A stretch of 64,000 nt of DNA from contig JAQWTH010000017.1 of NCBI GenBank assembly GCA_029242795.1, positions 4,211 through 68,210 of the forward strand, in the 5' to 3' direction. The position numbers and the translations under genes are program-made. A model generated the notes under the pieces. The model ran no database searches, was not told the origin of the DNA, and saw only the letters and a list, made by a program, of their open reading frames with translations. The number at the start of each line of letters is the position of its first letter. Position 1 is the first letter of the stretch. This document shows, one piece after another, positions 19,528-29,196 of the stretch. Source of the DNA: Candidatus Pelagibacterales bacterium (GTDB lineage: Bacteria > Pseudomonadota > Alphaproteobacteria > Pelagibacterales > AG-422-B15).

Positions 19528-20875
19528 TTTCTTGTACAAAATACATTCCAACAATGCCAATCAAATTAAATAAGACTATTGATATCATTGCATATTGAAG
19601 ACTTCCTGTGAAAGCTAAAATTAAAGACATCAGTCCTGGGACAAGCCAAGCTGTTGATTTTCCAGCAAATGCATAAAGACCAAAAAATTCTGTCATTTTA
19701 TCTGGCGGGGCAAGTTTAATCATTAACGCCCTTGAAGCTGTTTGTGCTGGTCCATAAAATATTGATATACCAATAACAACACAAATATATGTGACTTGGC
19801 TTATTGAATTAAATATCCCAAATGTAAGATCTTCGACACTTGCTGAATACTCATCAACACTAAAGAAATAAAATATCGTGTCTTTATCGATCGATAATCC
19901 TAGTATGCCAGAAGCAAGCAGGCCCCAAAGAGACAAGTTAATTACATTTTTTGAACCAATCAAATCATTCAAATAACCTCCATATATCGAACTTGGACCA
20001 GCCAAGATATTTAATATTATTCCAAGGATTAATACTTGGGTCAGAGTCATACCAACAACTATACTTGCATAAACTCCACCAACTACAAATAGAGCATTCA
20101 ATGCATCTTGATAAAACATTCTTGTGATTAAAAAGGTAAAAATATTTTTATACCTCTTAGCTTCTTTAAATGTATTTATAAAATTGGTTAATCCAACCTT
20201 GATGGATTCAAAAGTAGTAATTGGTTTCTTTTTGAGATCAGGAGTAAATAAAAATAGAGGGATAATAAATAATGCATACCAAATCGCGCAAAGTGGTCCT
20301 ACAATTCTTATGTGCTCGTATTCGTTAGTATTTAGTCCAAAAAGATTTTCTGTCTCACCACCAGGCCACACAAATATCAAAAGAAATAAAATCAATGCAA
20401 TTAAACCTGATATATATCCCAATCCATAGCCCATACCACTGAGCCAACCAGAATTTTCAGGTGTTTCTATTGTAGCCAAAACCGAGTTATTGAATACTTC
20501 AGAGAAACCAACCATGGCTGATGCCAAGATTAGACCAAACATAACAATCCAAATGCCGTCTGGGGCTCCAGGAGGTGAGTACCAAAGCAACATCATACCG
20601 ATGACAAATAAAATCGATGTAATGCCCATAAACAACTTTCGATTACCTTTGATATCAGTAATTGATCCAAGAACTGGACTCAAAATTGCTATTGCAACTC
20701 CAGAAATAGTTTGTGTAAGAGTTAATTTTTGAGCACCGTCTTCTCCTGTTATAAAAACATCTGTGAAATAAACTGAGAAAACAAAAGTCATTATTAATGT
20801 GTAAAAAGGTTGATTTGCAAAATCAAACATAGTCCAGGAATAACGACTTAGCCTCGAAGCTCTCATATAAACCAA
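19520..20875 (-). CDS. MFS transporter, UMF1 / Atg22-like family
   Basis: 451 aa, about 12 TM; N-terminal SWTMFDFANQPFYT motif typical of the UMF1 family. Confidence 0.8.
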   Translation of the reverse strand: MVYMRASRLSRYSWTMFDFANQPFYTLIMTFVFSVYFTDVFITGEDGAQKLTLTQTISGVAIAILSPVLGSITDIKGNRKLFMGITSILFVIGMMLLWYSPPGAPDGIWIVMFGLILASAMVGFSEVFNNSVLATIETPENSGWLSGMGYGLGYISGLIALILFLLIFVWPGGETENLFGLNTNEYEHIRIVGPLCAIWYALFIIPLFLFTPDLKKKPITTFESIKVGLTNFINTFKEAKRYKNIFTFLITRMFYQDALNALFVVGGVYASIVVGMTLTQVLILGIILNILAGPSSIYGGYLNDLIGSKNVINLSLWGLLASGILGLSIDKDTIFYFFSVDEYSASVEDLTFGIFNSISQVTYICVVIGISIFYGPAQTASRALMIKLAPPDKMTEFFGLYAFAGKSTAWLVPGLMSLILAFTGSLQYAMISIVLFNLIGIVGMYFVQEND

Positions 20876-20911
20876 ATATTATATGATTGAGTCATAAATG
20901 TATGTGAATAT

Positions 20912-21673
20912 TTATTGCTTAAATATGAAATTATTATTTGGAATAGTTTTAATATTTTGTTGATTTACAACTTCAAGTTGAAAATGATTGTTTAAAAAGT
21001 AACATTCGTAGCTTAACTCCTTTATCTCGTTGATAATTTCAAAATTGGGTACTCCTGTATGTTTCTCCTCAATTTCAACCATTAGATTTGGTTTATCTTT
21101 TAATATAAGGTTTTTTGCACCCTTAATTATATCAAGCTCATGTCCTTCAACATCAATTTTGATAAATCCAATTTTATGAGCAAATGTGTAAGAATCAAGA
21201 TTAATTTTTTCAATCTCAAATGATTTAAAGTCTGTGTTTGCTAAATTATTTTTTTTATGAATTGTTGCCGTTCCCAACTGATATAACTCTTCGTAATCAG
21301 AGTAATCAATATTTTGATTACGAAATGGTATTTTAAGATTCGTAAAACCCTTACTAGATGAAACTGCTAAATTCTCAATTGTAATATTCTTATATTTTTG
21401 AAAACCATTTTTTAATTTTTGAATCAGCAATGGGTTAGCTTCAAAAGCATAAACATAATCAGATTCTTTCGATAAAAAGTAAGAATAAACTCCTCTATAG
21501 ACACCTATATCGATAGAAGCTAATGATTTATTAATAAGATTTGGTAAATAACAAATTTCTCTCTCAGTTTGTTTTTTATAAAATCTTTCAGCTCTTTTTT
21601 TTAATAAATAAGCTTCAGATAAGAACAAATTTTTAATGAAAAATTCAATTCTTTTATTAGCTAAAATTCTCAT
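20912..21673 (-). CDS. FkbM-family SAM-dependent methyltransferase
   Basis: 253 aa; IDIGVYRGVYS and IKIDVEGHELDIIKGA blocks typical of FkbM methyltransferases. The ATG lies 9 nt after the tRNA-Gly 3' end. Confidence 0.8.
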   Translation of the reverse strand: MRILANKRIEFFIKNLFLSEAYLLKKRAERFYKKQTEREICYLPNLINKSLASIDIGVYRGVYSYFLSKESDYVYAFEANPLLIQKLKNGFQKYKNITIENLAVSSSKGFTNLKIPFRNQNIDYSDYEELYQLGTATIHKKNNLANTDFKSFEIEKINLDSYTFAHKIGFIKIDVEGHELDIIKGAKNLILKDKPNLMVEIEEKHTGVPNFEIINEIKELSYECYFLNNHFQLEVVNQQNIKTIPNNNFIFKQ

Positions 21674-21682
21674 AGTTTAGAA

Positions 21683-21757
21683 TGGAGCGAGTGAAGGGAG
21701 TCGAACCCTCGACCTAAACGTTGGCAACGTTTCGCTCTACCACTGAGCTACACTCGC
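21683..21757 (-). tRNA. tRNA-Gly (anticodon GCC), CCA encoded
   Basis: 75 nt folded by hand: acceptor GCGAGTG/CACTCGC, D arm GCTC-AGTGGTA-GAGC, anticodon arm AAACG-TTGCCAA-CGTTT, T arm GAGGG-TTCGACT-CCCTT, discriminator T + CCA. Confidence 0.95.
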
Positions 21758-21847
21758 ATGAATAAAGGTATTTATATGAAATTAAGTTGATTTTCAAGAT
21801 AATGAACTATTTAACATACTTGATTAATATACTAGAATTTAACAATT

Positions 21848-22492
21848 ATGAACTTTGTATCTTTAGACGACTTACCAAAGAAAATACCAATTTTTCCTCT
21901 TACGGGCGCAGTTTTGTTCCCCAAAACTCAATTACCATTAAATATATTTGAACCACGCTATGTGCAAATGTTGAATGCGGCTCTCGCAACACCACATAAA
22001 CTTATAGGAATGATACAACCTATTTCAGGAGATGATAAATCACTTAAAAAAGTAGGATGTGTTGGAAGAGTTACTTCATATAATGAAACTGACGATCATA
22101 GATATTTAATAACTTTGAATGGGATTATCCGATTTGAAATAGAAAATGAATTAGATACAACCACGCAATACAGGCAACTTGAAGTAAATTATGAAAATTT
22201 CATCACTGATTTAAAATCTGAAGATGTTACGAATGTTGATCGTGAATCTCTTCTAAAACTTATCAAAAAATATTTAAAAAATAAAAGCCTACTTGCAGAC
22301 TGGGATATTATTCAACAAACTCCAACTGAACAGCTAATAAACTATTCTGGAGTGTTAGTTCCATTTACTCCCGAAGAAAAACAATTACTTTTAGAGGCTA
22401 GAACAATAATGGGAAGAAGTAGAGCTCTTGAAGCTCTATATCAATCATATACAATTGAGGAAACGGCTGATACTAGTACTCAACTTCACTAA
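21848..22492 (+). CDS. LON N-terminal (substrate-binding) domain protein
   Basis: 214 aa; IPIFPLTGAVLFPKTQLPLNIFEPRYVQML matches the Lon N-domain start; no ATPase or protease part. Confidence 0.85.
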   Translation: MNFVSLDDLPKKIPIFPLTGAVLFPKTQLPLNIFEPRYVQMLNAALATPHKLIGMIQPISGDDKSLKKVGCVGRVTSYNETDDHRYLITLNGIIRFEIENELDTTTQYRQLEVNYENFITDLKSEDVTNVDRESLLKLIKKYLKNKSLLADWDIIQQTPTEQLINYSGVLVPFTPEEKQLLLEARTIMGRSRALEALYQSYTIEETADTSTQLH

Positions 22493-22506
22493 ATTACTTT
22501 CCTCTA

Positions 22507-23661
22507 TTATAAAATTTCTCTTCCAGAAGCAAATTTCATTATTTTCTTTTTTATAAAAGGAGCTCGATCTAAAATTTTAAATGAAGTTTCAATTGATTTA
22601 TTTATAAAATTATTTTTAGAAATAAAAGCATCACTCATAAACATTGTCGAGAACGAAAATAAAGTATTGTCTGCCATTCTTTGCTTATAAAAATCATTAA
22701 AAATAAAATTATGATTTAAATCATATCCTAGAGATAAGTATTTATGCAAAACATTATATAAAGTACTTATATCTTTAAGTGTTAGATTAAATCCTTGACC
22801 CGCTATAGGGTGTACTGTGTGTGCAGATTCTCCTAACATTATTATATTTTTATGTGTCATACTCTTACTGAAGGAAAATACTAATTTATGTTTATTGATT
22901 GAGTGAACAGCAAATTCATCAATATAATTATGAGTATATTTATAGATCTCATTTTCAATTTGTTCTTTTGAGTATTTTAAAATCTCAGAATTATCTTTAA
23001 GTGACCAAACAAACGAGCAACGTTGATGATTAACTGGCAACAATGCTAAAGGTCCATCTTTTGTGAAAAATTGATAAGCTTTATTTTGACTACTTCTCTT
23101 TACATTGGCATCAATAGATAGAGCTGTTTGACCAAAGGACTTTTGAATGTAGTCAGTCTTATCAAAATTATGAATAAATTTGTTCTTGCTATCAGTAAAG
23201 ATAACTAATTTTGTATGATAACTTTTACCAGACGATAAATTGACAATAGCATTACCTTCATCAAGATTTATATCTGAGATGTCATCTTCAATAATTGATA
23301 TATTTTTTGTATCTTTTACTTTAAGCAATAAGAAATTGTACAAATCATTATTTGGTATAATTTTTCCAAGCGGTTTAATTTTGTGGTCTTTAAACCTGAG
23401 ATCTGTTCTTTTATTACTCCTTTTGTTAATATAACAACATTCAATATCATTGATTGTTTCATATTTTTGATCAGATAATTGATCAATGCCAATATCGCTT
23501 AAATATTTTAGAGAAAAATATGATAAGAATGTAACTAAGTTGCTATCATTTTTTTTTGATATATCAAAAAATAGGTCAATAGGAATTCCCAACCTCGAAA
23601 AGTTAAGAGCTGACAGAAGAGCGGATGATCCATTTCCTAGAATTGATAGTTTATCTAGCAT
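22507..23661 (-). CDS. UbiH/UbiF/Coq6-family FAD-dependent monooxygenase
   Basis: Track ORF trimmed to Met32 (MLDKLSILGNGSSALL = beta-alpha-beta GxGxxA fold); GESAHTVHPIAGQGFNLTLKDI motif. Confidence 0.8.
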   Translation of the reverse strand: MLDKLSILGNGSSALLSALNFSRLGIPIDLFFDISKKNDSNLVTFLSYFSLKYLSDIGIDQLSDQKYETINDIECCYINKRSNKRTDLRFKDHKIKPLGKIIPNNDLYNFLLLKVKDTKNISIIEDDISDINLDEGNAIVNLSSGKSYHTKLVIFTDSKNKFIHNFDKTDYIQKSFGQTALSIDANVKRSSQNKAYQFFTKDGPLALLPVNHQRCSFVWSLKDNSEILKYSKEQIENEIYKYTHNYIDEFAVHSINKHKLVFSFSKSMTHKNIIMLGESAHTVHPIAGQGFNLTLKDISTLYNVLHKYLSLGYDLNHNFIFNDFYKQRMADNTLFSFSTMFMSDAFISKNNFINKSIETSFKILDRAPFIKKKIMKFASGREIL

Positions 23662-23766
23662 TGTTAAATAATTAATATTTATTCGAACTGTTGTATAAAA
23701 TATATAATAAGTTAATAATCTAATTACAAATAAAAGCTTGTTTTTTAAATTCAAGATTTTTTAAAT

Positions 23767-26043
23767 ATGCAATTATTCCCGACCCCATTAAAAATATTCA
23801 TAATAAATAGATTAGCCGAAATCGCCGGTTTATTGGCTATATTATTATCAATTTTTATCGTTATTAGTATTTTTACATATTCACCGATTGATCCTACGCT
23901 TTCTCATTTTACTAATGCTTCAACAGCAAATCTTGGAGGTCAGATAGGAGCTAATTTAGCAGATATTCTTATACAATTTTTTGGACTCTGTAGTTACGCT
24001 TTAAGTATTCCTTTATTAGTATGGTCCTACAAATTGATAAGATTTAAAAGTCTTCCATTCTTCTCTATAAATATTTTGTCTTTACCGATTTTCATAATAT
24101 TTTTAGGCTCTTTATTATTTATCACACCATTAAACAGTTTATCGGGTTTGATTGCAGCTCAAATATTTGAAATAACTAATCAGTTCATAAATTTTTCAAA
24201 TATTACTCTTAATATAGCGATACAGTTATCCTTATTCACGATCCTTACGCTTTTCTTTTTTATCGCCACTGCTGCATTAAATAGACACGAGTGGAAATAT
24301 TTAATTAAGAAAACATATGATGGAATAATATTATGTTCTAATTTTATTTGGAAAAGCATTATTTATTTTTACTCAAAGATTAATAATACACAAAAAGTTA
24401 AAACTAAAGAAAATGATAGTAACTTCAAAAAAGTTGAACCCAAAATTAACTTTGATAATTTAAGAAATCAACCAGTTCAAAGCTTTAATGAAGGAAGAGT
24501 TGAGCCAAATGTAATAGCTCAAGAAGAAATTGATTTAAATGATCTTAAAAAATATAAACCACCACTAATTGATATTCTATCTAAACCTGATGGTAAAAAT
24601 GAATATGCTTTATCAAAAGAAGAATTGGCTACAAACGCGGATGCACTTCAATCTGTACTATCTGATTTTAAAATTGAAGGTGAGATTATTAATGTTTCTC
24701 CAGGACCTGTTGTTACAATGTATGAGCTTCAACCAGCCCCAGGTGTCAAAGCTTCAAAAATAATATCTCTATCTGATGATATAGCGAGAAATATGAGTGC
24801 AATGTCAGCAAGAGTTGCGATTATTCCTGGTAAAAATGTAGTAGGGATTGAAATCCCAAATCAAGAGCGAGAAGATGTTTTTTTAAGCGAATTATTCAAA
24901 AAAGAAAAATTTATTTCAGATCAAAAAAATTTAATGTTGGCTATTGGAAAAGATATAAATGGACTGCCAGTTTTCGCAAACCTTGAAGATATGCCTCATC
25001 TTTTAATCGCTGGAACTACTGGATCAGGTAAGTCTGTGGGTATTAATGTAATGATTGTATCCATACTATTTAGGTTATCTCCTGAAGATTGTAAGTTCAT
25101 ATTGATAGACCCTAAAATGCTTGAATTATCGGTTTATCAGGGAATTCCACATTTAATAACTCCAGTTGTTACCAATCCCAAGAAAGCTATTACTGCTCTT
25201 AAATGGGTCGTTAAAGAAATGGAAAATCGATATCAAAAAATGTCGATGTTAGGGGTCAGAAATATTAGCAATTACAATTTTAGAATTTTAGAAGCTCAGG
25301 CGAAATCAGAGAAGATTTATAGAAAAGTTCCTGTTGGAATCAATCCCGAAACAGGAGATCCAAAAATCGAAAAAGTTGAATTGGAGTTAAAAAAGATGCC
25401 CTACATTGTAGTAGTTGTAGATGAAATGGCAGATTTAATGATGGTTGCTGGAAAAGAAATTGAACACACAATTCAAAGGCTGTCTCAGATGGCTCGTGCA
25501 GCGGGCATTCACTTAATCATGGCTACTCAGAGGCCAAGTGTCGATGTCATAACTGGAACCATCAAGGCAAATTTTCCGACTCGAATCAGTTTTCAAGTCA
25601 GCTCAAAATTTGATAGTAGAACAATCCTTGGAAGTGAAGGGGCTGAAAAACTACTTGGCAAAGGTGATATGTTATTAATGACAGCAGGCGGAAAAACAAC
25701 AAGAATTCATGGACCTTTTATTTCAGATAATGAAGTAGAGAAAATTGTACATTCCCTGAAAAAGCAAGGCCTTCCTGAATTCGACGATGAGATTTTAAAG
25801 GAAGATGATGACCAAGACTCAATTAGTTTAAGTGATAGTGAAACAGATGAACTATTTCAAGATTCCATAAATATTATCGTTAAAGAAGGAAAAGCATCGA
25901 CTAGTCTGCTACAAAGAAAATTACAAATTGGTTATAATCGAGCTGCTAGAATTATGGATCAACTTGAAGAGAAGGGATTAATATCTCAAGCAAATCATGT
26001 GGGTAAAAGAGAAATATTTTTTGATAAAATTAATAATGAGTAA
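23767..26043 (+). CDS. ftsK: DNA translocase FtsK
   Basis: 758 aa; N-terminal TM domain, Walker A GTTGSGKS, Walker B VVVVDEMADLM, C-terminal gamma winged helix (LLQRKLQIGYNRAARIMDQLE). Confidence 0.95.
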   Translation: MQLFPTPLKIFIINRLAEIAGLLAILLSIFIVISIFTYSPIDPTLSHFTNASTANLGGQIGANLADILIQFFGLCSYALSIPLLVWSYKLIRFKSLPFFSINILSLPIFIIFLGSLLFITPLNSLSGLIAAQIFEITNQFINFSNITLNIAIQLSLFTILTLFFFIATAALNRHEWKYLIKKTYDGIILCSNFIWKSIIYFYSKINNTQKVKTKENDSNFKKVEPKINFDNLRNQPVQSFNEGRVEPNVIAQEEIDLNDLKKYKPPLIDILSKPDGKNEYALSKEELATNADALQSVLSDFKIEGEIINVSPGPVVTMYELQPAPGVKASKIISLSDDIARNMSAMSARVAIIPGKNVVGIEIPNQEREDVFLSELFKKEKFISDQKNLMLAIGKDINGLPVFANLEDMPHLLIAGTTGSGKSVGINVMIVSILFRLSPEDCKFILIDPKMLELSVYQGIPHLITPVVTNPKKAITALKWVVKEMENRYQKMSMLGVRNISNYNFRILEAQAKSEKIYRKVPVGINPETGDPKIEKVELELKKMPYIVVVVDEMADLMMVAGKEIEHTIQRLSQMARAAGIHLIMATQRPSVDVITGTIKANFPTRISFQVSSKFDSRTILGSEGAEKLLGKGDMLLMTAGGKTTRIHGPFISDNEVEKIVHSLKKQGLPEFDDEILKEDDDQDSISLSDSETDELFQDSINIIVKEGKASTSLLQRKLQIGYNRAARIMDQLEEKGLISQANHVGKREIFFDKINNE

Positions 26044-26620
26044 ATTATTTTCATTACTATTTATTTTAATATTTTTAAAATTCAATTTTTCGTTTGCAGA
26101 CTCATTAGTGAATTTATCAGAGGCAAATTGGAATGATATTGATTCAATGACTGGGCAATTTAAACAAACTAATCATGATGGAAATATTCAATTTGGCAAT
26201 TTTTATATTCAAAAGCCACACCGATCGTTATTTGAATACAAAGGACAAGAAGAAAAAATATTAACTAGTAAATTCTTCTTACATATAATTAATCAGAAAC
26301 ACTTTGTTATCGACTCGTATCCAATAGGCAGCAATCCGCTCAAATATTTATTACTTGAGAATCTGGATCTACAGAGGCATTTTGATCTTATATTTACTGA
26401 AACCACAGATCAATTTTTAATAAATCTATCCCAAAAAGGGGGGAATAATAATTTAGAGAAAATTATTCTTTATTTTAACATTGACACTTTAGAATTAAAA
26501 AAGTGGGATATATTCAACGAATTTGGAGAAAAAACATCTTTAGAGTTTACAAATATCATAAAAAATATATCTATAAGCGTAGATAAATTCGTTATTCATT
26601 ACGACAATATTGATGAATAA
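26036..26620 (+). CDS. lolA: Outer-membrane lipoprotein carrier protein LolA-like
   Basis: Start moved to the ATG overlapping the ftsK stop (ATGAGTAA); signal peptide MSKLFSLLFILIFLKFNFSFA; GQFKQ...FGNFYIQKPHRSLFEY block. Confidence 0.75.
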   Translation: MSKLFSLLFILIFLKFNFSFADSLVNLSEANWNDIDSMTGQFKQTNHDGNIQFGNFYIQKPHRSLFEYKGQEEKILTSKFFLHIINQKHFVIDSYPIGSNPLKYLLLENLDLQRHFDLIFTETTDQFLINLSQKGGNNNLEKIILYFNIDTLELKKWDIFNEFGEKTSLEFTNIIKNISISVDKFVIHYDNIDE

Positions 26621-26655
26621 CAGGCAGGTGAAACCTAAATAAATTAATCAATTAT

Positions 26656-28014
26656 ATGTCCGTTAGTTCAAATGATGAACTTAAGCAATGGCTTGAGTTG
26701 CATAATATTACTGAAGTAGAATGTATTTTCCCTGATATGGCTGGGTCGTCAAAAGGAAAGATATTGCCAGTCAATCGCTTCATCAAATCTATTGAAGATC
26801 AAAGTCTCAAATTAGCGGACTCTGTTCTTGGCCAGACTGTGTCTGGATCTTGGATTAATGAAAGTGAAGTTATAGATTATGTAGAAGAAGACGTAATCAT
26901 GATTCCTGATTTATCAACGATTAGAAAGATACCATGGAATAAGGAGCCTACTGCACAAATAATTTGTGACCTATATTATAATTCTGTTTCACCATCTGAT
27001 ATTGCTCCACGTCAGATTTTAAAAAATATAATCAAAACTCTAGCAGAAGAAAATATGGAAGCTATTGTTGCTCCAGAATTAGAGTTTTATCTATGTGAAC
27101 AAAATTTAGATCCTGACCTACCACTTAAAACTCCAGTTGGTAAATCAGGTAGAAGAGAAATGTCGAGTCAGGCTTTTGGGGTCGATGCAGTGAACGAGTT
27201 TGATAAAATAACTGACGATATTTATGATTATTGTGAGTCTCTTGGAATTGGAGTTGATACTTTAGTACATGAAAGTGGTCCAGCTCAAATAGAAATTAAT
27301 TTAAATCATGGTGATCCATTACAACTCGCTGATCAAGCTTTTATGTTTAAACGAGCTGTAAGACAAGTTGCTCTAAAACATGGAGTGCATGCAACATTCA
27401 TGTCTAAACCATATTCTAGCCAACCAGGAAGTTCCATGCATATTCACCAAAATTTAATTTCTACAAAAACGAAAGAAAATCTTTTTAGTGACAAGGAGGG
27501 TAATAATACAGATTTATTTTTAAATTATATTGGTGGCCTTCAACAGTACCTCCCAGATGCGATGCTATTTTTTGCTCCATACGTAAATTCGTATAGACGT
27601 TTTGTGATTGATGCATCTGCCCCTATCAATACTCACTGGGGACTTGAAAATAGAACAGTTGGCTTTAGAGTTCCATCTTCTAAAGGCAATTCAAGAAGGG
27701 TTGAGAACAGAATTCCTGGTTCAGATACTAATCCATACCTTGCAATCGCCGCCTCATTAGCTTGCGGTTTTTTAGGAATTAAAGAAGAAATTGAACCCGA
27801 AAAACCGATTGTTGGCAGTGCATTTGAAAGAAGGCATAATATCCCAAAATATTTACCCGACGCATTAAAAAGATTAAAAATAAGCGATACATTGTCTGAA
27901 ATTCTCGGTAAAGAATTTATTACTTTATACACTGAACTTAAACAAACTGAACATGATGCTTATCAAAAAGTTATCAGCGCATGGGAGAGAGAACACTTGC
28001 TATTGAATGTATAG
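26656..28014 (+). CDS. Glutamine synthetase-family gamma-glutamyl ligase (GlnA/PuuA/GmaS-type; subtype unresolved)
   Basis: 452 aa; PELEFYL, SSMHIHQN, NRIPGSDTNPYLA motifs of the GS catalytic domain. Confidence 0.85.
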   Translation: MSVSSNDELKQWLELHNITEVECIFPDMAGSSKGKILPVNRFIKSIEDQSLKLADSVLGQTVSGSWINESEVIDYVEEDVIMIPDLSTIRKIPWNKEPTAQIICDLYYNSVSPSDIAPRQILKNIIKTLAEENMEAIVAPELEFYLCEQNLDPDLPLKTPVGKSGRREMSSQAFGVDAVNEFDKITDDIYDYCESLGIGVDTLVHESGPAQIEINLNHGDPLQLADQAFMFKRAVRQVALKHGVHATFMSKPYSSQPGSSMHIHQNLISTKTKENLFSDKEGNNTDLFLNYIGGLQQYLPDAMLFFAPYVNSYRRFVIDASAPINTHWGLENRTVGFRVPSSKGNSRRVENRIPGSDTNPYLAIAASLACGFLGIKEEIEPEKPIVGSAFERRHNIPKYLPDALKRLKISDTLSEILGKEFITLYTELKQTEHDAYQKVISAWEREHLLLNV

Positions 28015-28019
28015 TTTTT

Positions 28020-28682
28020 TTAAAGTAAATCTCTATTAAGAAAGTAACCATTCCTCTTATGTTCAAGTATATTCTTAACCTTCAGTTTTTGTTCTAATTT
28101 TTTTCTTAAAGAATAAATATGAGTTTCTAAAGTATGTGTATCGATACTTTCATTGTATTCCCATACATTTTTTAGAAGTATTTTTTTACTCACACTATTT
28201 TGACAAGACAAAAGAAAATTAAATATCTCATTTTCTTTTTCAGTAAGAATTAATGATATTGACTCATTAAAAATTCGTCTTGATGATTTATCATAATTTA
28301 ACGATTTAAGTAAAATAATTTTATTCTGCTTGTTATAGTTCTGTCTTAAATCATTAGCTATATAATCTATAAAATTAATAAACTTAAATGGTAGCTCGTA
28401 ATTGATAATTTCTATCGTAGATTTTATTTCGCTTGGTTTTCTAGACATCAAAAAAATTTTTTTTATTTTTTTTGAATTTTCTTCTTCAACTAATTGATTT
28501 ATTGATTCTGAATCAGAGATAAAATAGAGTGGTGATTCTGATAACAGATTGGATGAATCAATTAATACAAATCTAATATCTTCTATACATTCATTTAGAA
28601 TAAGAATTAATTCATCAAAAATTTGCTTCAGAATGATATTTTTGAGTTTTATATAAATTATTTTTTCGCTTTTTTGTTGCAT
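28020..28682 (-). CDS. OmpR/PhoB-type winged-helix regulator with degenerate receiver-like N-domain
   Basis: 220 aa; C-terminal Trans_reg_C-like LTEKENEIFNFLL...NVWEYNESIDTHTLETHIYSLRKKL. The N-domain appears to lack the acidic DD pair and has LPF instead of KPF. Confidence 0.65.
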   Translation of the reverse strand: MQQKSEKIIYIKLKNIILKQIFDELILILNECIEDIRFVLIDSSNLLSESPLYFISDSESINQLVEEENSKKIKKIFLMSRKPSEIKSTIEIINYELPFKFINFIDYIANDLRQNYNKQNKIILLKSLNYDKSSRRIFNESISLILTEKENEIFNFLLSCQNSVSKKILLKNVWEYNESIDTHTLETHIYSLRKKLEQKLKVKNILEHKRNGYFLNRDLL

Positions 28683-28701
28683 TCAAAATATATTATATTG
28701 A

Positions 28702-29196
28702 ATGAGTATAAGAGTAAAAAAAAAATATTTAACATTTAAAGATAAACTATATCAATGCTCAATAGGAAGAGCTGGTTTTTCAAAAAGTAAGAAGGAAGGG
28801 GACGGCTGCACGCCAATTGGATCTTTTCATATCGAAAAAGTTTTTTATCGATCTGATAAAATTGACAACTTGGAAACGAAAATTCATAAAATTAAAATCC
28901 AAAAATTAGATGGTTGGTGTGATGACCCAAAACAAAAAGAATACAATCAATTGATTCAATTCCCATTTAATTTTAGTGCTGAAAAACTTTATCGGAGTGA
29001 TTCATTATATAATATAGTTTGTGTTTTAAGTTACAATATCAACCCGATAATTCCTGGACTTGGAAGCGCAATTTTTATGCATGTGGCCCAAGATGGATAT
29101 AAATCTACTGAAGGATGTGTTGCTTTAAAACAAGAAGATCTAATGTATCTATTAAAATTAATTGATCACAAAACAAAAATAATTTTAGGGAATTAA
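28702..29196 (+). CDS. L,D-transpeptidase catalytic (YkuD) domain protein
   Basis: 164 aa; active-site block FMHVAQDGYKSTEGCVAL (H ... S/T-x-G-C). Confidence 0.8.
   Translation: MSIRVKKKYLTFKDKLYQCSIGRAGFSKSKKEGDGCTPIGSFHIEKVFYRSDKIDNLETKIHKIKIQKLDGWCDDPKQKEYNQLIQFPFNFSAEKLYRSDSLYNIVCVLSYNINPIIPGLGSAIFMHVAQDGYKSTEGCVALKQEDLMYLLKLIDHKTKIILGN

Noticed and set aside
19018-21757. tRNA-Gly-adjacent block as an integrated genomic island
   Set aside because: There is no integrase, recombinase, phage or transposase gene, and I saw no direct repeat of the tRNA 3' end at the distal side. Composition looks like the rest of the window. I kept it only as a possible functional module.
26656-28014. Calling the GS-family gene canonical glnA or specifically gmaS/puuA
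   Set aside because: The catalytic-domain motifs are clear, but I cannot discriminate subfamilies by eye, and no linked methylamine or polyamine genes are present. I left it as a family-level call.
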